Origin: Scyliorhinus canicula
Taxonomy: Eukaryota
Direction of reading: 5' to 3'
Length of the DNA: 64,000 nucleotides
NCBI RefSeq assembly: GCF_902713615.1
Contig: NW_024055497.1
Coordinates: 1,903,584-1,967,583, forward strand
The notes below the pieces were generated by a model. That model did not search any database. It had not been told where the DNA came from and worked only from the letters and a program-made list of their open reading frames with translations. The translations under genes and the position numbers were made by a program. This document shows, one piece after another, positions 10,766-23,953 of the stretch; position 1 is the stretch's first letter; each line of letters starts with the position of its first letter.

Positions 10766-13458
10766 CTTTAGATGGAGTGGGAGATTTCTAACTGAGTAAT
10801 ATTCACCTCCTATCAAAGAAGCAAAAATGAGAACGTCGGCCCAACCCCCGAATGGAGCCGGAAAGTCCGAGACTCCAAATATTGCTGCCAGTGGGCCAGG
10901 TTCTGGGGCCACCCGTAAAATCTGAGATTTCCTATCAAAAAGGAAACCCAGTAGATAACAAGGTGCCGAATGTTGTGAGTATCCTCATTGTGTTATCTAC
11001 AGAGGGTCTGAAATATACAGAAGTAGACCATCGGCGTAGAGTGATACCCGGTGCTCCACTCGACCCGGCAGATACCCTTCCACTCATCGGATGACCTCAA
11101 AACTATTGACAGAGGTTCAATAGCAAATGCAAAGAGCAGCGGGGAAAGGCAACAGCGCTGTCTATTGTCCTGCCTCATGGAAACTATTATAAAGATACCG
11201 TATTCGTACAGATGTTGGCTTTAGGGGCAAGAGGTACAGTTACGGCCAAAACTAAATCTCCCGGAGGTAGTTCCATTCCACCCTATCCAATACTTTCTCT
11301 GCATCCAAAGATACGATGACTTCAGGTCCCAGGGCAGTGGCGGGGAAAAGGGCAATGTTTAAGAGGTTTCGGACATTGTCTGACAGCTGTTGGCCTTTAA
11401 TAAAGCCTGTCCGATCCTCAGACACTATAACTGGGAGACAGGGCTCCATTCAGGAAGCCAGGACCTGAGCCAGCAGTTTATCATCTGTGTTAAGAAGTGA
11501 AATGGGTCGGTTTGACCCACGTTCTACTGGGTGCCTTCTGGCGGATTGCAGCCACCAATACATTTCAGTGTTTCTCCTGGGAATCACGGGGTGTCCAAGT
11601 TCCAACTCCTGCTTTCCTCTATGGTCGGGATGTGCAGACCATCTAGAAAACTCTTCATACCTGAAGTGTTTGGAGAAGCTCTGACTCATACAGCTTATGG
11701 TTATACGAGCTGAAAGCAGCATTAACCTGGAGAGGAGCTGAAACCAAGTTACCTTCCTTGTTCCAAACCAAAGGGGTTTCTCGAGAGGCAGTCTGCCTCG
11801 AGTTGATATGCAGGAAGTCAACCCACCTCCTCCCCATGTTCACACACGGTGCCCTGGAACGCCGTAACTGATGTAGGCCTTATCCGTAGATATCAATTCA
11901 AATTGGAGCTGTAAATTTGTTCTGTGTATCAGTCGATCTGGGGTTGGGGCAAGTGAGTATTGACAGTCAACTTTCAAGATGGAGTCCACCAGCCTTTGTC
12001 GTTCCACTCTCTCCGTTTCATGATGTGATCCTGATATGAGATCATCTTCCCCCCTTATGACGGCCTTTAGGATTTCCCAAAGTGCCAAAGGAGATATTGA
12101 CTCTATTTTGTTGACCTGAATAAAGTCTGCTATGGCAGCAGACAAATGCCCACAAAATTTATCATCAGACATCAAAGTGGCGTCTAGTCTCCAAGGTGGG
12201 TGTTTGGAAGGACCAAAACCAAAACGAAAATCAACAAAATGAGGGTCATGATCAGAGATGACAATCGCCGAGTATTCGGCTATCACCACTGAAGGAGGAG
12301 GGACTTAACAATCAAAACGTCAATTCGGGAATAGGCACGGTCAACATGAGAAAAAAAAGGAAAATTCTTTCCTGTTTGGATGCAGGGAAGGCCATGGACC
12401 CCCCCCGCCCCTCACCAATCCATCCCATAAATGAGGGCAGTGCCCTGGACATCCCAGATGGGCTCAGAGATTTAGTCATGGAACAGTCCAATCACGGGTC
12501 CAAGGCACAGTTCAGGTCACCTCCTAGAATCATCGATGCGAATATAAGTCAGGGAGGAGGTTCACCGAAGAGTTTCCAAAATTTGGATCATCCCAGTTAG
12601 GAGCAGAAATGTTTACGAAAATAACCGGAGTGTTTTCCAGTGAACCACAGACAATAATATAGCGACCATTGGGATCGTCCATAATCCGAGAGGGGGTAAA
12701 TTGTCCTATTTATGGATTAGTATTGCCGTGCTTCTAGCCCGACCGTTAAAGCCGGAATGAAAGACTTGTCCCACCCAATATCTGCAAAGCCTTATCTGGA
12801 CATTCACATACAGATGGATTTCCTGTAGAATACGACACCCGAGTTTAGACCCTTAAAATGAGCAGAAACCCCAGCCTGCTTCACTGGACCATTTACCCCA
12901 AATATTCCAGGTTACAAGGCCAAGTGGAGATCTCCCATTAATTCCTACATCGGGGTCAGCCATAACTTCTGAAGAATATCAAGCAAGGGATCTTGACAAG
13001 CCAAAGGTGAGGAGATCCATCCAGGACGACAACCAAGCCCAGTACAATGACCAGACAGACACAGAGTAGTGACCCCGTCAAACAACTAACACCCTCTCCA
13101 TCCCTCCCTAACCCAACAACACCCATCAGTAATATTACCCAACAATCCCTTATCTCTAAATCTCTACACATCATAATCCGACCACAACAATATTCTGAGC
13201 TCCTATTCACACGGTGTTTGGGACGAGGAGCTGCAGCCCACCCACTTTTGTCCCTCCTGTCAGCTAACCTCATCCTGAGCTGGGAGGCTCTCCAATGAAC
13301 CATAGACTCAAAGAAAAACTCTTACATAGATATAATTCATAATGCAACCAGAGTGCGAAGAAGAAAAAGTACAACACGTGTAAAACCCAACAATAACTTC
13401 ATATCCTAAATTTTATACAATGTAAAAACTCCTGAACCTCAAAACACAGAGTAACTTA

Positions 13459-13797
13459 GGGCAGCAGGGTAGCATGGTGGTTAGCATAAATGCTTCACAG
13501 CTCCAGGGTCCCAGGTTCGATTCCCGGCTGGGTCACTGTCTGTGTGGAGTCTGCACGTCCTCCCACTGTGTGCGTGGGTTTCCTCCGGGTGCTCCGGTTT
13601 CCTCCCACAGTCCAAAGATGTGCGGGTTAGGTGGATTGGCCATGCTAAATTGCCCGTAGTGTCCTAATAAAAAGTGAGGTTGGGGGGTGGGTTGTTGGGT
13701 TGCGGGTATGGGGTGGATACGTGGGTTTGAGTGGGGTGATCATGGCTCGGCACAGCGTTGAGGGCCGAGGGGCCTGTTCTGTGCTGTACTGTTCTAT
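13459..13797 (+). mobile_element. HE1-like V-SINE, full length
   Basis: GGGCAGCAGGGTAGCATGGTGGTTAGC head, V core, GGCCTGTTCTGTGCTGTACTGTTCTAT tail. Confidence 0.9.
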
Positions 13798-14579
13798 ATA
13801 CAAACACAGTAACTCGACTATATACAGACAAACACAGTAACTCTTAAAAAATCAAACACATTCAGAACTCCCGAACGTCACAACGCAGAATAACTAATAA
13901 AACAGAGCTCAAATTGAGTTTCTGAACAAATTAGTTTGCCTCTTCAGAAGAGGTGACGAATTGATCCTTTTCTCCGACGGACACACAAGAAGCAGGCTGG
14001 AGAGATCAAGCCAAACTGGAGAAACGTTGATATAAAACAGATTTCACCCTGTTAAAGGCTGCCCTTTTCTTCGCCAGGTCCGCACTCAGGTCCTGCTGTA
14101 ACCGAACGGAGAGGCCTTCCCAGTGCTCCCTGGGCCAGTGAAGGACCTGTTCCTCCTCCTTAAAATTATAGAACTGAACAATAACCGCATGCGGGGGTGT
14201 TTTGCCTCCGCGAACGATTTTCAAAGTCACTCAACTTGACCCTTAGACTCTTATTCATTTCCACTACTGATGATAGACTAGTTTCTAATGAAGAAACCCA
14301 GTCGCTGTGATCAGATAAGGCAATTTCCATTGTGATAACCTGACAGGGCCTGGTTTTGAGCCCAATTAAATTGAATATCTTAAATTAAAGAATTTAACAC
14401 TTTACATTAAACTGCAGTCCAGATTTGGAAACCTCCTTCGTCCAGGTCCTTAATGGAAATATTGAACAATTGCACCAAGAACTGATCCCTGCGATACTCC
14501 ACCAGTTACATCTTTCCACTCTGAAAAGGACCCATTTATTCCAACTCTCTGTTTTCTATGTGACTGCGGTTACAATCAA

Positions 14580-15025
14580 CATTCATCTTCTGAAAGCCCT
14601 TGTGTGGCCGGTGACAATGTGCGGCTGTGAAAGCTGCAGCATCAAGAAGCCGGACGAGGCTCCAATAAAAGTGTTTGAAATGAAAGGACTCAGACGGATA
14701 TTCCGTGTGTCACGGACGGCAACGTGGACAACTGAGTGGGTGCTGGAGATAGCTGGTGTTCAGAGGAATTTGTTTGAGGCAGTGATATCGAGGAAGCTCA
14801 CGTGTTTTGGACATGTGTTGTGAATAGGGAGTGTTTGGAAAAAGAGGTAATGCCAGGCTAAACATCTAGAAACTGTGTACAAGGATGGCCCGGGTGGATA
14901 ATATCAGAATGTGGACTGACCTCTCAATGGGACAGGCAGGAACAGCAGCGGAGAAATCAGTGAGAGAGATTGTCCCGAGTGCGACCAACACTCGGATCGA
15001 GGATGGATAAAACACAAGACAAGAT
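14580..15025 (+). mobile_element. RTE-clade LINE 3' fragment
   Basis: LVWPVTMCGCESC..FEMKGLRRIFRVS..RKLTCFGHV resembles the RTE C-terminus (YGCETW..FEMxCLRRI..RxLxWFGH). Confidence 0.7.
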
Positions 15026-16350
15026 ACCGTCGTGGTGGGAAAAGGACTATTTATCTCGGGGTAGAGTATTTGATTGGACTGAGGATTGGCTGTCTGACAG
15101 AAAGCAGAGGTTGGGGTAAATGGGTCCTTCTCTAGCTAGTGAGCTGTAACTAGCGAGGTGCCACAGGGTTCAGTTCTCAGACCTCAACTGTTTACAATCT
15201 ATATAAATGATCTGCAAGCGGGGAGAGAGTGTAACACAGCAAAATTTGCAGATGACACTAGAATAAGTGGGAAAGCAGACAGTGAAGAGGAGATAAAAGA
15301 TTTACAGATGGATATAGATAGTCTAAGAGATTGGGCCAGAATTTGGCAGATGGAGTTTAATGTAGATAAGTGTGAGGTTATCCACTTAGGCCGAAAAAAT
15401 AGAAAGGTAAATTATCTAAATGGAAATCAGATTCAAGATGCGTTAGACAGAGGGATCTGGGTGCCTTTGTTCATGAATCGCAGAAAGTCGGTATGCAGGT
15501 ACAGCATGCAAGTAAAAAGGCAAATGGAATTTTGGTGTTTATTGCAAAAGGACTGGAGTGTAAAAGTAGGGGCTGGTTTAGCTCACTGGGCTAAATCGCT
15601 GGCTTTCAAAGCAGACCAAGCAGGCCAGCAGCACGGTTCGATTCCCGTACCAGCCTCCCCGAACAGGCGCCGGAATGTGGCGACTAGGGGCTTTTCACAG
15701 TAACTTAATTGAAGCCTATTCGTGACAATAAGCGATTTTCATTTCATTTTCAAGTAGAGAAGTGTTGTTGCAATTGTATAGAGTGTTGGTGGGACCACAT
15801 CTGGAGTATTGTATCCAGTTTTGTTCTCCTGATTTGAGGAAGGATGTGGTGGCCTTGGAGACAGTTCAGAGAGGGTCACCAGATTGATTCCAGAAATCAA
15901 AGGGTTGACGTACGAGGAGAGATCAAACAGTTTGGACTTATACTCGCTGGAGTTTAGAAGGATGTGAGGGGAACTGTTCGAGGTGTATAAAATACTAAAT
16001 GGGATTGATCAAGTAAACATAGACCAAATGTTTCCCTTGTGGGGTAATCTAGAATAAGAGATCACGGATATAGGTCGAGAGGCGGTAGATATAGAACTGA
16101 GATGAGGAGGAACTACTTCTTGCAGAGGGTGGTGAATTTGTGGAACTCCTGCCCCATAGTGCAGTGGAATCTGAGTCATTAAATGGTTTCGAGAAAATAT
16201 ATTCCTGATTTTAAAAATGGATTAAGGGATATGGGTAACATGTGGGGAGGTGGATTTCAGACCAGGAACAGATCAGTCGTGTTCTGATTGAATAGCAGAG
16301 CAAGTTGACGGGCCAAATTGCCTACTTCTGCTCCTAATTCCTATATTCCT
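15025..16350 (+). mobile_element. CR1 LINE 3' half with nested short SINE
   Basis: PQGSVLRPQLFTIYINDL..KFADDT..WQMEFNVDKCEVIH; CR1 3' UTR ending TTCTGCTCCTAATTCCTAT. Confidence 0.9.
15569..15752 (+). mobile_element. Short tRNA-derived SINE (GGGGCTGGTTTAGC family), full length
   Basis: Box A/B (GGTTTAGCTCACTGG, GGTTCGATTCCC), tail CTTTTCACAGTAACTT..GTGACAATAAGCG(ATTTTC)n, AAGTA flanking duplication; other copies 7690-7883, 18937-19120, 33176-33343, 44669-44843. Confidence 0.85.
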
Positions 16351-16583
16351 GCGTACTATCCAGGATAAAATTAATGTATCACATCTGCCTCTGTGGATCA
16401 TTTCAGTGGAAATGTGCTGTCGCTGAAAAAGAGTATCAGCCCACTGGAGTGAACATTGGAAGACTGGCCAGCCCACAGAGAAACCTTCTGACCCCCAACT
16501 TCACCAACTGTCAGAATGAACATGGTTCAGTCCTGGATGTGATCAAGAACAGCAAAAATCAGCAGAATCCAACCCCTGTAATT

Positions 16584-16929
16584 CATAGAATTTACAGTGC
16601 AGAAGGAGGCCATTTGGCCCATCGAGTACGCACCGGCTCCTGGAAAGAGCACCTCATCCAGGCCCACACCTCCACCCTATCCCCATAACCCAATAACCCC
16701 ACCCAACACTAAGGGCAATTTTGGACACTAAGGGCAATTTATCATGGCCAATCCACCTAACCTGCACATCTTTGGACTGTGGGAGGAAACCGGAGCACCC
16801 AGAGGAAACCCACGCACACACGGGGAGAACGTGCAGACTCCGCACAGACAGTGACCCAAGCTGGGAATCGAACCTGGGACCCTGGAGCTGTGAAGTAATT
16901 GTGCTAATCACTTTGCTACCGTGCTGCTC
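16584..16929 (-). mobile_element. V-SINE inserted at the ZNF-B stop codon
   Basis: Full head/core/tail; TSD TAATT at 16579-16583 and 16930-16934. Confidence 0.9.
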
Positions 16930-16932
16930 TAA

Positions 16933-17691
16933 TTACTTGTGATCTCGCTGGTGTTTCTGCAGGTAGGATGTACTGCTGAATCCTTTCCCACACGTGGAGC
17001 AGGTAAATGGCTTCTCCTTAGTGTGAACTCGCTGGTGTCTCAGTAGGTTGGATGAATTAACAAATCCCTTCCTACACACAGAGCAGGTGAATGGTCGCTC
17101 CCCAGTGTGAAGTCGCTGATGTGTTACCAGGTTGGATGAATTAATGAATCCTTTCCCACATTCTTTGCAGGTGAATGGCCTCATTGCAGTGTGAACTCGC
17201 TGGTGTGTCAGCAGATTGGAGGAATTAACAAATCCCTTCTCACACACGGAGCAGGTGAACGGTCTCTCCCCAGTGTGAATTCGCTGGTGTGTTACCAAGT
17301 TGGATGAATTAATAAATCCCTTCTCACACACATTGCAGGTGAATGGCTTCTCTGCGGTGTGAACTCGCTGGTGTGTCAGCAAGTTGGATGAATTAGTAAA
17401 TCCCTTCTCACACACTGAGCAGGTGAACAGCTTCTCCTCAGTGTGAATTTGCTGGTGTGTCAGTCGGCTGGATGAATCTATGAGTCCTTGCCGACACACT
17501 GAGCAGGTGAATGGCGTCTCCCCGGTGCGAACTCGCTGGTGTGTGAGCAGGTTGGATGAAGCAGTAAATCCCTTCCCACACTGAGAGCAAATGAACAGTC
17601 TCTCCCCAGTGTGACTGCGTCGATGAGTTTCCAGCGCAGATGGGGAAGTGAATCCTTTCCCACAATCCCCACATTTCCACAGTTTCCTCAT
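16933..17691 (-). CDS. C2H2 zinc-finger protein B, 9 fingers (finger 2 lacks last His)
   Basis: 252-aa ORF; acceptor at 17846-17847; putative exon-1 donor GG|GTGAGT at 20789-20790. Confidence 0.88.
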   Translation of the reverse strand: MRKLWKCGDCGKGFTSPSALETHRRSHTGERLFICSQCGKGFTASSNLLTHQRVRTGETPFTCSVCRQGLIDSSSRLTHQQIHTEEKLFTCSVCEKGFTNSSNLLTHQRVHTAEKPFTCNVCEKGFINSSNLVTHQRIHTGERPFTCSVCEKGFVNSSNLLTHQRVHTAMRPFTCKECGKGFINSSNLVTHQRLHTGERPFTCSVCRKGFVNSSNLLRHQRVHTKEKPFTCSTCGKGFSSTSYLQKHQRDHK

Positions 17692-18239
17692 GATGCAGCT
17701 GTCCGTGACGCGGTGCTTTTCCAGTCACACTGATGGTAAAATAGCCGATGGTTTTCCCCGTCCTAACAAATCGAGTGACTCTGTCAGATCTCAATGTGAA
17801 GTTTGGTTTGAGATTTCTTGCAGCAAATCCTCCCCTTTGAATCTCCTGTTAAAGGGGTTTACAAATATCATCACCGTCAGTACAGCTCAGAAATTCAGAA
17901 CAGACAATTCTAGTGGAACATGCTTTCCTCTCTCGTTCCCCAAAAGCTGTAAATTTCACCCTGTACACACACACTCTCTCCTATCTCACTCCATTATCTA
18001 ATATACACCCTCCCTATTCTCCTGATCGACAGGTCAACACTCAGCGTTTCTAGTTCTCAACCGAGAGATCATAAGATCCTAAGAAATAAGAGTAGGCCAT
18101 TCGGCCCATCAAGCCTGCTCTTCCAGCTAATATCATGGCTGATCTGATCGTGACCTTAACTTCATTTTCTTCCTGTCACCCATAACCCTCAACTCCCTTG
18201 AAGATCAAAAATCTAACTGAGCCTTGAATATATATATAT

Positions 18240-20620
18240 ATTATATTTAATGGATTTTATTCAATAGTACAAAGGCATGAATCAAAAAACATTGTCAACA
18301 CCCCACAGCTGACAGTTTGTGCAAGTTTTTCCCCTATTCACCCCCTTCCCCCACCGCAACAAATAATTCCTCAAACATTAGAACATAGAACAGTACAGCA
18401 CAGAACAGGCCCTTTGGCCCTCGATGTTGTGCCGAGCAATGATCACCCTACTCAAACCCACGTATCCACCCTATACCCGTAACCCAACAACCCCCCCCCC
18501 CTTAACCTTACTTTTCATTGTCCATGAACAGTCCCCACTGTGTCTCAAAGCCCTCCGCTGATCTGTCAACTCCAACTTGATTGTTTCCAGTCGGAGGAAA
18601 TCGTACAGGACCCCAGCCAGGCCGCCACCCCTGATGGTGTTGCCGATCGCCAATCCAACAGAATTCCTTCGCAGGGCAATCAGAGAGGCGACCCACAACA
18701 TCGGCCCTCCTCCCCTTCAACAGCTCCGGCGGTGCCGATACCCCAAAAATAGTCACCATTGGGTTCGGCCTGACCTCTACCCCCACAATCTTCGATTGTG
18801 TCCCGAATACCTCCTCACTAACTTCTCACAGCCCCAGAACATATGTGCATGATTTGCCGGTCCTCACCCACAATCGCACATTTGTCTGCCACCCCATGGA
18901 AGAACACACTCATCCTCGCCTAAGTCACATGCATCCAGGGGCTGGTTTAGCTCACTGAGCTAAAGCGCTGGCTTTGAAAGCAGACCAAGCAGGCCAGCAG
19001 TACGGTTCAATTCCCATACCAGCCTCCCCAAACAGGTGCTGGAATGTGGCGACCAGGGGCTTTTCACAGTAACTTAATTGAAGCCTACTTGTGACAATAA
19101 GCGATTTTCATTTTTTAATTTCAGTGCACCACCTTAAACTGAATCAAACCGAGTTCTCCTCCCGTTTATTGTTAATCCTCACCACCTGCACTCCCCCAGC
19201 CACACATATATATTCACAATCCTGCCCTTTTCTTCTATGTCCGGGAGCAGCAGCCACTCCAACAGGGAATACGCCGGCAGTTTGGGAAACCCTTTCCATT
19301 CCTTCCATGCAAAGTCCCTCACTTGCATATACCTGAACTCGCTTCCCTTCGGCGGCTCCACCCTCCCCCACAGTTCTGCCAGACCTGCGAACCTCTGCTC
19401 CAGGTATAGATCCCTGGCCCTCACCAGCCCCACCTCCCTCCACTTCCTATACAAGCCGTCGGCCTCCCCAGGCGTAAACCCATAGTTCCCACACAGCGGT
19501 GTCAGCACCGACATCCCCTCCATCCTAAAGTGGCTCAACTGGTTTCACACCCTAATCGTGGACTGCACCACCGGGCTCACCGCGTATCTCCCCGGCGCCA
19601 GCAGACACGACGCCGTCACCATGGCCTTCAGGCTGGACCCTCTACAGGACACCTCCTCCATCCTAACCCACTCTAACCCATCTCCTTCCCACCACCACCT
19701 CACCTTCTCCTCATTCACCGCCCAGTTGCAATACAGCAGGCTTGGTAGTGCCAACCCCCCTTTCCGTCTCTGTAACAGGACCCTCTTCACCCTCGGCACC
19801 TTCCCCGCCCATATAAACTCAGAGATTGCTGAGTCCAATTCCGAAAAAAGGCTTTTGGGATGAACGTCGGGAGGGTCTGGAATCCAAACAGGAACCTTGC
19901 CAGATATCAGGTGTGGTGTCCCATCTCCTAACGTCCCCTGACCTCCTCCGCCAACATTGTCAGGTTCCACTTGTAAATCATTGACCACTTCCCCCATCAC
20001 CTGAACTCCCAAATACCCAAACCTGTCCCTGGCTACCCTAAATAGCAACGCCCCAGATTGGCCCCGCCCGCCGCATTCACCGGAAACACCTCACTCTTCC
20101 TGACATTCAACTTATATCCCGAGAAGGCCTTGACCTCTTTCATATATTCAGAATTCTTCCCATCCTCTCCAATGAGTCCGACACGAACAGCAGAAGGTTG
20201 TCTGCGTATAGTGACTCCCAGTGTTCCCTGCTCCCCCCACCCCCCCCCCCCAAATCCCCCCCCACAATCCACTGCCACTGTACTGACCCCTTAAGGACCA
20301 TCGCAAAGGGCTCTATCACCAGCACAAACAATATGGTGACAGCGGATATCCCTGCCTTGTTCCCCTGTGCAAACCAAAACTCTGTGAGTTTGTGCCTCCA
20401 AGTTTGTGGCATTGGTCCATCTCGTTTCTCTGTACACTCGCCACTGGGTCCACATAACAACAGATGGACCAATGCCACAAACTTGGGGCCAAACCGTCCC
20501 AGAATCCCACAGGCGGCGCCACTCCACCTGGTCCAAAGCCGCCTCCGCACAGAGACTCCGCCCCCACACACGTCACAAAGGTGATGGCCACGCTTGCGCT
20601 CGGCTCCCCGCTGAACCAAG
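18240..20620 (-). mobile_element. L1/Tx1-clade LINE ORF2 3' part, decayed, with nested SINEs, in ZNF-B intron
   Basis: RGTRQGYPLSP, SLYADNLLLF, FSGYKLN..KSE, FGYLGV, FIWAGKVPRV..GGLALP motifs across frameshifted ORFs. Confidence 0.85.
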
Positions 20621-20699
20621 ATGGCGGTGGTGGAACTGGGCTTCATCCTGGATAAAAGCCCAGCAGCTGCAAACACGGGAACTGCGGGCTCATTTCAGA

Positions 20700-20900
20700 C
20701 CCTGTGGCCTTCACCAGGTATTTATAAAGTCTCTGCTCCCTCCCCACCCTGACTCGCGGCTCCATTCCTCTCTCCGCTCCACCGACTCACCCGCCCAAAT
20801 AGACGCTCCCATATTCGGAAGGTTCCAGGCAAAGTGTCACTGCGCAAGCTCCAGATACAGCACTGCGCCTGCGCACCTGCTCCTGTGGTGTGAATAGGGC
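20700..20900 (-). promoter_or_regulatory. Putative promoter/exon 1 of ZNF-B
   Basis: ACTCACCCGCC donor signature shared with 62312-62322; NRF1-like TGCGCCTGCGCA. Confidence 0.55.
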
Positions 20901-22064
20901 ACATTCACAGCCGCTTGGAATGTTGGGTAATAACCACACCATTGAAAACTCAATCAGTTCATACAAAGTAACTTTGTTACCATTGAGATAAATTAATTTT
21001 TAAAATCTTAAATTGTGAATTGGTGATCTGCTATGCTCTATATCTCAAAATTCTCCTGTGCGACCATGCAGAGTTTTAAAAAAGTTTTTATATTATTTCC
21101 TCTCTCATCCCTCCTCTGATGTTTCTGACTCTGGCTGGGTTCAATCACAGTCACTGGTTCCTCTGTCTTCCCTCTCCATCGTTAATTCTGAATATTCACC
21201 GTTTTACATAATATTACTGCACAAATAAAAGTCATTTGGCCTTATCTGTACTGGCTCTTTGGAAGATCTATCCAATTAATCCCACAGCCTTGCTGGCAGA
21301 GTCAGAACAATGTAGATCTGCTGATGTAATCCAATGCTTAATTTAAAAGGCTTTGCAGTTGGATAGTTCACAGTCACATTCACCCCTGTGGAAAAATTGA
21401 TTGCCTAATTTGTTGAGCAGATATCAGGTCCTCACTGTTCGTTATGCACACAGAGCATCTAATTGAGTTAATTCAACAATTGACAGTCCGCACAAACCAC
21501 AGTGACATTATTCATAAAGGGTCTAGTCAAGGGAGTATCTTGATGTGATAGAGTAGATGAATTATGGGGTTACAAAATAAAGGCATTAATATCCTGCAAT
21601 TTCACAATTCTCACTTGGCTGCAATATTGCAGACTGAAAGGGCCCCACATACCTGGCAGAGGAAACAGGCCAAGTCCAATAGACCTATTAAAGCCACATC
21701 ACTGTTCGACTATGCTGGGGTTTGTGAATGAATCTGGGTTTTATGATAAAGGTCCGTATCAGTCTGGTTGCTGTTTCTTTGATTCCCAATAACAGCTGTA
21801 GTATCCTCATTAAATATCCACCACAGTATTTAGCCCATAAATCGCAGGACATCATCATAATCACAGCCCTTGAAATTGTTCCTGATAAAATTACCAACGA
21901 TTCTGAAAGCTTCATTCACTGTTAGACCCTTATTGAAAACATACAGCTTATCCATTGCAGAAAGGAAACCACTCACCCTCCACTCCAAACTCTGAATAAT
22001 TTGGGATGTTGCTGATAAGAGAGAATTGCTATTTGTAAGGCGAAGGTACATTAGCAGCAGGGGT

Positions 22065-22345
22065 CACAAAGAACAAAGAAAAGAACAGCACAGGAACAGG
22101 CCCTTCGGCTCGCCAAGCCCATGCCGACCATGCTGCCCGTCTAAACTAAAATCTTCTACGCTTTCTGGGTCCATATCCCTCTATTCCCATCCTATTCATG
22201 TATTTGTCCAGATGCCCCTTGAATGTAACTATCATCCCTGCTTCCGCCATCTCCTCCGGCAGCGTGTTCCAGGCATCCACTATTCTCTGTGTAAAAAGCT
22301 TGCCTCGTGCATCTCCTCTAAACCTTGCCCCTCGCACCTAAAACC
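22065..22345 (-). mobile_element. CR1 LINE 3' end
   Basis: RGARFRGDARGKLFTQRIVDAWNTLP plus CR1 3' UTR and tail. Confidence 0.85.
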
Positions 22346-23953
22346 TATTAGTGAAGTTAGTGAAGAGGGGGATCGTAACGAACAGGATGACTGACTCACC
22401 CAGAAAGCAGCTCTAGAGGAGATTCATGGGATCCACCCAAAATATAAAACACAATTGTTGGCACTGGTATGACAGACTCCAGTTAAACCTGAATTTTTAA
22501 ACTTGTCAGGACCCGGACCCTGGAGTGAGTATGGGAAAGCAGTGGTACACCATCGCAAAGGCTTTCCTTCAGCAAGTAAGGTCTCACCTGTCCTTCATGA
22601 TGGGGGTTTCTATCACAAAATGGTTTTAATTTGACTTGCATCACACCTTGATGTCTTGCAAAATAATTAATTTTGTTTCAGGATCAGATTTGGGGAGTGT
22701 TTCTCTTTCATGTCCCCATATGTTCATAATTACTACTGGTGGCTGAGGAAACGCCAGGATGTTCATCAGCACCTGAACCTGTGTCCCAACTAATCCGGCT
22801 GTGTGACAGGAAGACTAATTGGAATGTTTGACATGATGATCTGGATAAATTGGGATGAACAAATCTTTTATTGGCGATTCACAAATGAGGGAAGGAAGCA
22901 CAGTGGCTGTGTTGCCATGGAGATAAGTGTGTCAGGTAAAAAATGAAAAACATCCGATAACTAGATTGAAAATAAATACAATGCTTTATTTTTTTAAGAG
23001 GGACAAGAAGTGGATGGTTACCGTGCTCGTGTACTGTGTCCAGGCTGAAATTCTGTTCTTGTCATATGATCACCACCCTCCCTGCCCCACCCACTCCTCT
23101 AATTGTCCTCTCTGAGCTCCAGCCAGGTGATATTAAACATTAAGTGGAAAGACAAAGAGCTGTATCAGGAGAATGTGCTACTCCAGAGGTTTCTCTGGGG
23201 TAGTTCCCTCCATGCCTGAATCATGAATACACTGTTATTACCTGAATCTGTGTCTCCTGTGGTTAGTTGGAAGAAGACATGCGCTCAGATCTGTACACAA
23301 TATTCCAACTGAGGTATAATTAGTGTCTTGTACAAGTTTACCATAACCAGCTTGTTCCTGTAGTTTATGCCCTTATTAAGCTAGCTAATATTATATGCTT
23401 TAACATATTTATATTTATATTTATATATATAGCATATTTATATGCTATAAAAAAACTCGAGCAAATTAATTAAACATGATTTCCCCTTTAGATATCGATG
23501 CTGTTCTACCAAATAAGTCCTCATTTTTCAATGTGGTTATTAATTCTATCTTTTCACAGTAACTTCACAGGAGCTTTTCACAGTAACTTCATTGCAGTGT
23601 TAATGTAAGCCTACTTGTGACAATAAAGATTACTTTATCTGGAATAATTGATACTTGAAGCATGCCAAACAACTGGTGTTAGACTAGTTGGTTGTAATTG
23701 CTGGGGCTATCCTTACAACCCTTTTTGAATAAAGGTTTGTAATTCTCCAGTCTGGCACTGCCAAGAAAGACTGAGAGATCATTTCTAGCGCCCCTGAAAT
23801 TTACATTTTCATTTCAACCCTTCCTCCTTATTAATTTTGAACCTATCTGGGGACTGCACTTCCTAGTCTGTCTGCATGGCCTGGGTACCATTTATCTCAT
23901 TGGTAAAGGCAAACAGTTAGTTTTGTTTCAGTTTGAGGAGCGTGACAGTTCCT

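Larger units (their letters stand above)
10110..14230 (-). mobile_element. Decayed L1/Tx1-clade LINE (ORF1, APE endonuclease and RT fragments)
   Basis: 14006..14230 L1 ORF1-like (QDLSADLAKKRAAF); SDHDP endonuclease motif; NRPISLLNTDDK, SLDAEKVLDRVEW, CLSPLLFAFAIEPL RT motifs. Confidence 0.85.

Noticed and set aside
13459-13535. Functional tRNA genes at SINE heads
   Set aside because: Box A/B present but continuous with SINE bodies and no cloverleaf or terminator
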